A stretch of DNA of 64,000 nt from Octopus sinensis (Eukaryota). The position numbers were made by a program, and so were the translations under genes. Shown one piece after another: positions 54,827 to 64,000 of this stretch (the stretch's first letter is position 1; each line of letters begins with the position of its first letter). The notes under the pieces were generated by a model that saw only the letters and a program-made list of their open reading frames with translations, ran no database searches and was not told the DNA's origin. The stretch covers positions 17,484,001 to 17,548,000 of the forward strand of contig NC_043018.1 of assembly GCF_006345805.1 (NCBI RefSeq), in the 5' to 3' direction.

Positions 54827-55214
54827 GCCACGCATGTATAGTTCAATTTTGTAAATTTGTATTTTGTAGTATTGTTTTGCGATCCTGTACTACTTAGTTG
54901 GTCGGTCGGTCGGTCGGTCTGTCTGTCGGTTGGTTGTCTGGCTGGGTGGTTGGTTGGTTGGTTGGTTGGTCGGTTGGTTGGTTTAACGTGTCGTACCACA
55001 TCAGTTTACTCGGAAAGCATTATTAAATAAAACCTAATCTTCTTTGAATTATGGCGATATTTCTATGGCATGTTGGTAAAGAGATTACGGATGTGTGCGT
55101 CTGGCGTCTGTGTATGTGCGTACACACAAATGCAAATAACTCACAAAACCCAACCCCATATATATATATTTATATAAATATATAATGTATTTATATCTAC
55201 ATACATACACACAC

Positions 55215-55256
<42 letters not shown>

Positions 55257-55311
55257 AAATATTGAATTTCTTAAATCTCTCGTAGAGAGATGTACGGTGG
55301 TGGGTCGATAG

Positions 55312-55442
55312 AATGGTTGTATACTGTCAATCTAACAAGAACGTGACAGTAGGGGGTACACCACCGTTGTATAGCCCTAGGAGCTATACAACGGTGGTGT
55401 ACCCCCTACTGTCACGTTCTTGTTAGATTGACAGTATACAAC

Positions 55443-55446
<4 letters not shown>
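55312..55446. repeat. Perfect inverted repeat, 64-bp arms, 7-nt centre (CCTAGGA)
   Basis: 55312-55375 is the exact reverse complement of 55383-55446; part of an island between (TA)n tracts. Confidence 0.95.
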
Positions 55447-55522
<76 letters not shown>

Positions 55523-55642
55523 GTATGTATATATATGCATATGTATACATACACATTTCTTCATGTCGAAATAAAATCAGTTGTCAAAGTGTTATTTGTA
55601 GATTTTCTGTTTATAATTTTATAATTTCATGCTTGTGCAAAG

Positions 55643-55850
55643 AGGTGTGCTAGCTGAATTGTTAACACACAGCACAACATTGCTTAGCAGCATTTCGTTG
55701 GTGTTCTGGGTCAAACTCCTAGAAGGTCGACTTGACCTCACATCATTTTGGACTCAACGACATAACTACTAGTTGACCACTATGGTCGAGTACATCCACT
55801 AGCCCCATTCTTAAAATTTTCAAGCCTTATTCCGAGAATGAAAGAATTAT
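55643..55850 (+). mobile_element. Highly diverged SINE family A-related copy
   Basis: GTTCTGGGTCAAACTCC...GGTCGACTTGACCTCACATCATTTTGG...AAAATTTTCAAGCCTTAT. Confidence 0.5.
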
Positions 55851-56070
55851 TTCATGCATGAGTTGAGGCTTTCATCTATGAGATTAATTTTTAGTTGTGT
55901 ATACATCTCCTCGATAACTGTCCAACCAACCAGGTATATTCAGCCTATTTATCAATAAAAAATGTCAATAAGAGAAATATAAATTAAAATAACTGAACGG
56001 TTGTTATTAGTGACAGAATTAATAAAAGTCATTTAACCAAGAAATTCCTATGTTGATCATAGGACATATA

Positions 56071-57053
56071 TTAGGTTGTTCCGAAAATAATAACCGATTT
56101 CAGAAACATAGTTTTATTCTGGAAAAATTAACAATAAAACTGTTTTGATTAGTCCAAATATGAGCCGTGGACATCTAGGTACCTCTGAAATCGATTAACG
56201 AGATAAAAAACTTATTGGCCTTGATGCTAATAACGTGTTTAAATGCTTTAAAAATACTAGTCAATGGGTGAAAGATCCGTAGAATATGGAAAATGTAGAA
56301 ACGTCTCGTATCCAAAGTCTGTGAGTTTCTCCAGCGTCATCCTTGCAACATGCGACTTTGCATAATCGTGGAGCAGAATTGGGCCACACCGATTCCTCAA
56401 TGCAAGTTTCATATTTTATCAAGTGAGCATGCATTTGAGTGAGTTGATTGCTGTAAACCTATGCTGTAATGCTCTGATTGGCTTCCAGAAGCTGTAAGGG
56501 TCAACACCAATTGCAGACCAAGAGACGGTCACAATAATATTTTGCTGATGCAACTTTAGGTTTGGAAAATGTTTGGGGGACTCATAGTGACCAAGCATTT
56601 GAGCTGATAGTTTACGGTTATCCTAAAGGAACCACTTTTCGGCACAAGTGATTATTCGGCCAGGAAAAGCACCATTGGTGTTTCGCCGAACATTTTGATT
56701 TGCATTGAGCTCATGAGGTGCCCATTTATCGAGCTTTTTCACCTGATCAATCTTCAGCAGATTGCGTGAGACCGTGGCAATACCGACACCAAGTGCCTGA
56801 GACATTTCTATGACACTTTCAACAATTGCTTTCATTTGTTCATTGTCAAGACTGCATGACTATCCTCTATCTTCTTGATCTTGAAGGCTCTTCTCACCAC
56901 TACAGAATTTCTGAAACTATCTTCATACTACGTGATCACTTGTGGACCCCTCTCCTCTTGCCTTGTTAATATTGGCAGTAGTTTGCGAGGCATTGTGTCT
57001 GAGCTTCAACTGATACAAGAAAACTAAGTGAAGCTCATTTTTGTCATGTTCAT
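56071..57053 (-). mobile_element. Decayed mariner (Hsmar1/cecropia-like) DNA transposon: transposase pseudogene and one TIR
   Basis: Pieces: VFLYQLKLRHNASQTTANINKA...FQKFCSGEKSLQDQE; KKLDKWAPHEL (WVPHEL motif); RIITCAEKW; GPILLHDYAKSH (HDNARPH); HFPYSTDLSPID (YSPDLAP.D). TA|TTAGGTTGTTCCGAAAATAATAACCGATTT at 56069-56100. Confidence 0.9.
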
Positions 57054-57164
57054 AATTAAGGGCACTTATGCGTCAAGAATGTTTTTCCTTCCTGAAATAG
57101 GTAGAAAATTATTATGATCGCACGCTGCGCATCCTTTTCCAAGTTTGTATATCTATATTCTGGA

Positions 57165-57217
<53 letters not shown>

Positions 57218-57920
57218 TCTGTGTGGAACAAGAAAAATAATTCTGGTTAGAAGGAAAAGTAATGAAAATAAAAAAAAAGCTATGGTGTTGAAAAACTAAT
57301 CTCAAAGGGGGAGATATTGTTACAGATGAAAGACAAATGAAGGAAAATGAAATAAAAAAAAAAAGTTAATGCCATACCTCCACGTTTCACCATAAAGGAA
57401 TTATCCGTGGATTCTCAGTGAAATCTCAGCTGACACATAATAAACAATCTAAGTAGCAATCGTCTCCGTGGGGGGTCACGTGCGTACAGATTTCCACTAT
57501 TATACATCGGAATTCCAATTCAAATGTCTTCGACTAGCGCCACAAGCCAGAAAAAAATGCTGTGAATAGAATTCTGCAGGGAATTAACGTTCTAGAAATC
57601 ATTCTAATGTGTCGGCAGTAATTCCACTGAGAGGCTACGGAAAATTCCTTAATTATTTGGGTATGGAATTAACTGTTTTTTTTTTGTTTGCCTTTAATTT
57701 GTCTTGCTCTCAATCACCTAGCGCACTGCTACTTTGAGAACTCATTTTTCGTGGTAGGACGATTTGGCGTCTATTTCCAGCATAAAAGGAATCCAGTTAG
57801 TGGTCTTTCCTCCTATTTATATATTTTAATGTAGTTTGCAGTCATTAAAGTATGTTGGCCACTGGCTTAAATTAGGATTATTTCATATCAATTTCTACCC
57901 TTAGTATTCAATCCTTATAC

Positions 57921-57964
<44 letters not shown>

Positions 57965-58105
57965 CATATATACATACAAATAAATGCATATATATATATA
58001 TATATATAATATATATATATATATATGCATATATATATATATATACACACATATATATACTTACAACATACACGCATACACACATATATTTATATATATA
58101 TATGG

Positions 58106-58143
<38 letters not shown>

Positions 58144-58758
58144 TTGTTCAGTTTAATTTCAAGATTTCTTGTCAACAGGGAAAGAGCCCGTTTCTAACGT
58201 AGATCCAAGGCTCCTCCATTTTAATTTGAGCATCAACAACAGAATGCAAATATAGACCAACAACAGAATGCAAATATAGACCAACAACAGCAGTAACTTT
58301 GTGTGCATGTCTCCTCTATTTTTAATTATTGTGAATCTTCCACTGAGGAGGGAGACGGTTTCCAACAAAGATTCAACGCTCCATCTTTGGGTTGTAGTTA
58401 ACACAGACAAATTCACATTTGGAACTTGAAAATAGTGTTGCATATTTTTATTGTTCCACTCACATATTGTTCTTGTACGAATTAGCCGGTTAATTTCTCT
58501 TTCTGAAAATCCTAGTTTATCCAGAATTATATCGCATCCTCTGGAAAGTTTAAGGTCTCTCTTATAATGTCAACTCTATATAATAATAATTTTCGATGTG
58601 TTAACATGTACCACCTTGCGACAAAACAAACTTTCACTAAATTAATTAATATACCTTTCATCTAAACGGCAGCCTGCAGCATACACTTCACTTGGATGTT
58701 TGGATATTTACCTATGAAACATCTAGGTCGGATCTTATCTACTCCATTTCTTAACTCT

Positions 58759-58830
<72 letters not shown>

Positions 58831-60035
58831 ATGCATATATACATATATACATATATACATATATATAAATGCATATATACATATATATATAATATATAAA
58901 TACAAATAATAATATATATGTATATATATATACTAAAATACCAGCGATCGGTAAAATTTATTCTAATGACGAATGTAAAACTGACAGTCTTTGTTAAAGA
59001 TAAAAGTAATTTCTGTTTATAAATTTGAATAGTCGTCATTAACTGATGGTGCAAAGCAGAAACAATAGAATATATTTAGAGAAACTTGAGAGTGTAAATA
59101 TTTTAGAAAGCAATGACCGAGTTACAAGCCAGAAAACGTAGACGTAAAATGTTTTAGACGCTTCCCAATTAGATTTAAACTTATTATGATTGCGACTAAA
59201 ATGAATGCAGCTCTCAGAGTTCTCTGTGTGTTAGTCAATAATATCTTAGTATATAAGTGATGGCCTTTTTATTAGTTTATAATAATGATTAGTCTGCTGT
59301 CGCTTTAGAAGTTTAATATTCAATGCTTCGATCTGCAGAACGACCCACTCATTGATTTTAACTTTTACATGTCGAAGTATTTCAGAGACACCGATAACAT
59401 TAATTTGATAGTCAAAGAGATTCACTATATCACCGAGTGGGAAGAAGCTGGGTCTTGCTACATATTGTGCCATTCTTACTGAAGAGAAAATTTCATCAAA
59501 CTCATTGAGATCGAACACGAGACCTTTTGATTATGAAGTGAATTATGAACGCACTAATCATTTTTCATCATAGATAGTTAATTCTTTTCTCCCTGTGTAT
59601 TTAAAGATATTCGTCAAAAAGCTTTTGCTTCCGTTGCATTGATACAGTAAGTAGTTTAAACTAAATTAAGGGAAAAAATGTAATTTTAAATACATCGTTT
59701 CATATTATTGTTACGCAGTTTTTTTTTTACAGTTGTCTACAAATGTAAATATTCTGTTTACAGTTTGTCTATTCTTAAATGTAATACATCAGCTTTAGTA
59801 AATTACGTTTATGTCATTCTTATAAAGTATTACTTGGTTTCTTAACTTATAGTTAATACAAATGCAATTATCTTAGTTAAATTCGTCAGAGAGGATTAAG
59901 TACTTTCTACAGTCAGAATGGTAAAGGAACAATAAATGTAATAACGGATGTTCGAATACAATGTATGCATAAATCAGATTTGTCAGCTATAAACCGTACA
60001 AAATTCTATAGTAAACATATTATTACAGTATTGAA

Positions 60036-60374
60036 GGCGCATGGCTCAGTGGTTAGAGCGTCGAGCTTACGATCGTGAGGTTGTGAGCTCGAATCCCGGA
60101 CCGGGCTGCGTGTTGTGTTCTTGAGCAAGACACTTTATTTCACGTTGCTCCAGTTCACTCAGCTGTAGAAATGGGTTGCGACGTCACAGGTGCCAAGCTG
60201 TATCGACCTTTGTCTTTCCCTTGGATAACATTGGTGGCGTGGAGAGGGGAGGCCGGTATGCATGGGCGACTACTGGTCTTCCATAAAAACAACCTTGCCC
60301 AGACTTGTGCCTCAGAGGGTAACTCTCTAGGTGCAAACCCATGGTCACTCATGACCGAAGGGGGTCTTTACCCT
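60036..60374 (+). mobile_element. Full-length SINE family C (tRNA head, CORE-like domain) with a 12-bp TSD
   Basis: A box TGGCTCAGTGG, B box GCTCGAATCC, TTGTGTTCTTGAGCAAGACACTT. TSD TTACAGTATTGA at 60023-60034 and 60375-60386. Confidence 0.9.
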
Positions 60375-60590
60375 TTACAGTATTGACTACATATTTTATC
60401 CAAACATTATGATACCCAATAACTCTACTACGAATGGTAGTATACGTAATCAGGCAGACATCGAAACGCTTCCTTCAGCTCCATACATTATTTGCTTTCG
60501 TTCCTGTGTTGTAAATTCATATTTGGTGGATATGTCTACACACTTGTTAACATAGGTTTCACTAATATTTCAACCTATATAGATATTCTT

Positions 60591-60921
60591 AGACTCCCTT
60601 CGGTCACGACACAGACCACGAGATTGCACCTAGAAAGTTACCCTCCTAGACACAAGTCCGGGCGAGGTTGTTTATGGAAGACCAGCAGTCCCCCATGCAT
60701 ACCAGCCTCCCCTCTCCACGCCACCAGTGTTATCCAAGGGAAAGGCAAAGGTCGATACAGCTTGGCACCTGTGACGTCGCAACTCATTTCTACAGCTGAG
60801 TGAACTGGAGCAACGTGAAATAAGGTGCCTTGCTCAAGAACACAACACGCAGCCCGGTCCGGGATTCGAGCTCACAACCTCACGATCGTAAGCTCGACGC
60901 TCTAACCACTGAGCCATCGCC
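60591..60921 (-). mobile_element. Full-length SINE family C, inverted relative to 60036-60374
   Basis: Reverse complement along its whole length. Confidence 0.9.
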
Positions 60922-61424
60922 AAGTTTATTAAGAAAATGTGTTTCCAACTATTCTTTTCTTTTATCAGTGCCGCAATTCTGTGTGCAACTGGTAAGATTT
61001 AGACCCATAGAGAAAAACAAAACAAAACGGTATGGTAGTATTTCTTTCCGTTGAGGTTAACTTTGCATATCGTGTCTGAGGTGTGAATCAAATAAGGTAT
61101 GAGGCGAATGTTGTAAAGAAGCAACACTTACCTCAAAACCGTCGCTGTTGTACCTGTTTTGAAACAGTTATAAATTGACAGCAATGCTGTGGAATTGTAG
61201 CAAGGGGGTGAAGGAACAAAATTATCAGAGTTTTAGATAAAATGTGTTCTTGTATTTCTTGTGCCACGCTATGTTCTCATTTAAAAATTTGACGAAATCA
61301 GTTTTATCTCTCATACTTCTGGAGCGTGAAAATCACACTACTACCCAAGCGCTGAAATACAATAACTGGTTTAACTCCTTCCCGCAGACTCAGGCACTTT
61401 TGTCTATTTTACACAATTTTTAAT

Positions 61425-61828
61425 TCCTCTTTTACTCTTTTACTCTTTTACTTGTTTCAGTCATTTGACTGCGGCCATGCTGGAGCACCGCCTTTAGTCG
61501 AGCAAATCGACCCCGAGACTTATTCTTTGTAAGCCCAGTACTTATTCTATCTGTCTCTTTTGCCGAACCGCTACGTGACGGGGACGTAAACACACCAGCA
61601 TCGGTTGTCAAGCAATGCTAGGGGGACAAACACAGACACACAAACACATACACACACACACATATATATATACATATATACGACAGGCTTCTTTCAGTTT
61701 CCGTCTACCAAATCCACTCACAAGGCATTGGTCTGCCCGGGGCTATAGCAGAAGACACTTGTCCAAGATGCCACGCAGTGGGACTGAACCCGGAACCATG
61801 TGGCTGGTTAGCAAGCTACTTACCACAC
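61425..61828 (-). mobile_element. SINE family B copy
   Basis: Reverse-complement copy. Confidence 0.9.
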
Positions 61829-63522
61829 TTACTTAAATAATCAAATGTTGTGATCACTCTCGGCATATTAATACAGTAAACCAATAGTTTTGGTTTCTTA
61901 GAATTTATTTAAGATGTTTAACTTTTGTAGAAATCTGAGTTTTTATTAAATAAAATGAAAATATTTCTTTTTCAAAATGTTGGTGTTTCGTTAAATAATC
62001 ATAGTTAAATGATCATATTTCTTTACTCTTATTACTGGAAAATCAAAACTTTCTGTTAACGCTCTTCTACCGACTTGTCACTTTCGCGAACAGTTTAAAT
62101 TTCTTGCGAAGCGCCAGAGTCGTTAGAGTAACGAAAATAATTATTTCAACTCTTTACAATTTGAATTGAAACTCTGCTGAAGTCGAGATTAATTTTTATT
62201 CTATCAGAACTTCATAATTTTTTTACTGGTCAAGCACTAGGGACGATATAGATTAATCTTTTCACAATTGCTAGCTTTGTGTTTACGTTAGACACCACTA
62301 TATTTCAATAAATTATGTGTTCAGATTATCATTCAATAGTGAGAATATAATAAGTTTTGCAGCAAATCATGAACCAATATCATTGGTATAAAGCGAGATA
62401 AATACAGAAATGAAAACACCGTTGAAATCCTATTCATTTTTTAACCAGTGCAGCCTTGTTACTGCATCCGTCACTTTGGTCATCGTAGCGAGGAAGGGTT
62501 CTGATTTGCGTTTTCGAACTTTCTATAAAATCCTTCAACTTCTCACCACTATCAAGAGTTTCATTGTGAAGTAATTCAATAACCCCAAAATGGGGCATTG
62601 CGTTCTATTGCAGTACTATTAAGCACTCTATCATCTGAATGAAAAAAATAACCGACAACTTTTCTTCGTAAGATCCGAAGATATCAAGTTGCTTTAGCTC
62701 TTCGGAAGACAAAAAAATCAACACCACACAATGTTCGAAGTTTGTTAGCAAACTGACGTCTTGGAAGGAAATAGATTTTTAATCCGACTACAATAGCAGA
62801 ATAGAAATATGGTAAAATGTAACAAGAAATAATATTTCCAGCACAGGGTTTTGATGTGAGAGCTTCAAGAGGGAGGTATTGAAAATTAAGTTCTTCCTGC
62901 TGAGTAAATTTTCAACTTGGTAATTAAACGTAGACTAACTGAAGAAATTAAAAGTATCAGAAACAACCGTTGATAGAGATTGGCTCATGAAATTCTGATA
63001 GGTGTTGGCTACGCAAGTGCCACGTCATGCATAATCCAAATCCGAGGAGAGGTTCTGAGAAATGACTCAAAAAGCAAAACAAGAAACTGATTTCACAATC
63101 AAGACATTTTAACGAGAGACGTACCGTATTCAAACGTAAAACGTAAAAGTTATTATACCATAGACATTAATCATTTGACTATTACAAGTTTAGATATGAT
63201 AAAATATTTTCAACATGTCTCTGTGATCTTCAGTATTTTACAAAGCTGTAGGGCTTTTCAATATATGTTTTTGATCGTATCCTCAAAAAGAAAACAAAAA
63301 TTAAATTAATAATCGGAAATATCATCAATAGACTCAGTGATGAAGTTAAATCCTAACATTGAAAAACTCGAGGCAATTTATCATTTCATTGGGGGGACAA
63401 AATAATATTAGCAACTGACGCATTTCCTTGTATTCAAATCAATTATATTCAAATTCATGTATTATTTATCATGGGTCAATAAAGAATTACCAGTAATGTA
63501 TTCTGTTGACTCAAGTTGACAG

Positions 63523-63552
<30 letters not shown>

Positions 63553-63556
<4 letters not shown>

Positions 63557-63617
63557 CAATTCTTTGTTTGTATTCCACCTGCCTTCGTCTTTTGTTTATT
63601 TTCATAAAGCTTCCCGT

Positions 63618-63620
<3 letters not shown>
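63553..63620 (+). mobile_element. Short fragment of the element family at 39776-40020, in the opposite orientation, between (TA)n tracts
   Basis: TTTGTTTGTATTCCACCTGCCTTCGTCTTTTGTTTATTTTCATAAAGCTT is the reverse complement of about 39781-39835. Confidence 0.8.
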
Positions 63621-63648
<28 letters not shown>

Positions 63649-64000
63649 CAGGCGACTGCAAACACCATTGATTCATTGATGAATGAGACAGCATATATAT
63701 ATATATATCAAAGAATTTTGATCTCATTCTCTTACCATAGAAGCCTACGCTATATCATATCATCTAAGATATATGTAAATCATATATCATACAAAAACCA
63801 TCTTGGTAAATGTTTCATGTGAACAAATGAGTTGCATTAAACTGTCAAACGTATGACTTTAATTTTACAGGGATGCAGAAGTCCCTATAGAAGGTTTGTC
63901 GTATATAAAGCTTGAAGGTTTTTAGAATTACATTTTAAGAAACAGTTTATGCTCAGTAAACGATTTTATTACATTAGGTACATACATGCTCATACATATA

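Noticed and set aside
56730-56760. CUGAAGA...GAAA on the minus strand resembling a hammerhead
   Set aside because: Lies inside the mariner transposase coding remnant and lacks helices I and III; chance match.
60036-60110. tRNA gene
   Set aside because: It is the tRNA-derived head of a SINE, continuing into a body and bounded by a TSD. The same applies to the other SINE heads.
62434-62598. 54-codon minus-strand ORF MPHFGVIELLHNETLDSGEKLKDF...
   Set aside because: Short, with no recognised homology.

Overview
This is AT-rich, microsatellite-dense eukaryotic DNA with no recognisable intact host gene. Almost all ORFs in the track are translations of (TA)n, (CA)n, (GATA)n or trinucleotide repeats, or of SINEs. 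The repeat repertoire looks like octopus or another coleoid cephalopod; this is an inference, not a database result. The window holds about 30 copies or fragments of four tRNA-headed SINE families (my labels A-D), two non-autonomous Helitrons sharing a 3' end, a long-TIR MITE with a nested SINE, a decayed mariner transposase, Penelope-like GIY-YIG remnants, a CR1-like LINE 3' end whose tail resembles the SINE-B tail, and a 5'-truncated R4/Dong-clade LINE sitting in a (TAA)n tract. A ~7.9 kb near-identical duplication flanks a 100-N gap and is probably an assembly artefact. The most interesting signal is a set of type-I hammerhead-ribozyme (HHR) motifs from several different short elements, mostly embedded in (TA)n tracts. 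Two have an intact catalytic core (31670-31747 minus; 32702-32750 plus, within an inverted pair). Several others carry core variants (CCGAYGA three times, CUGUUGA once). All folds were derived by eye and nothing was computed or searched.
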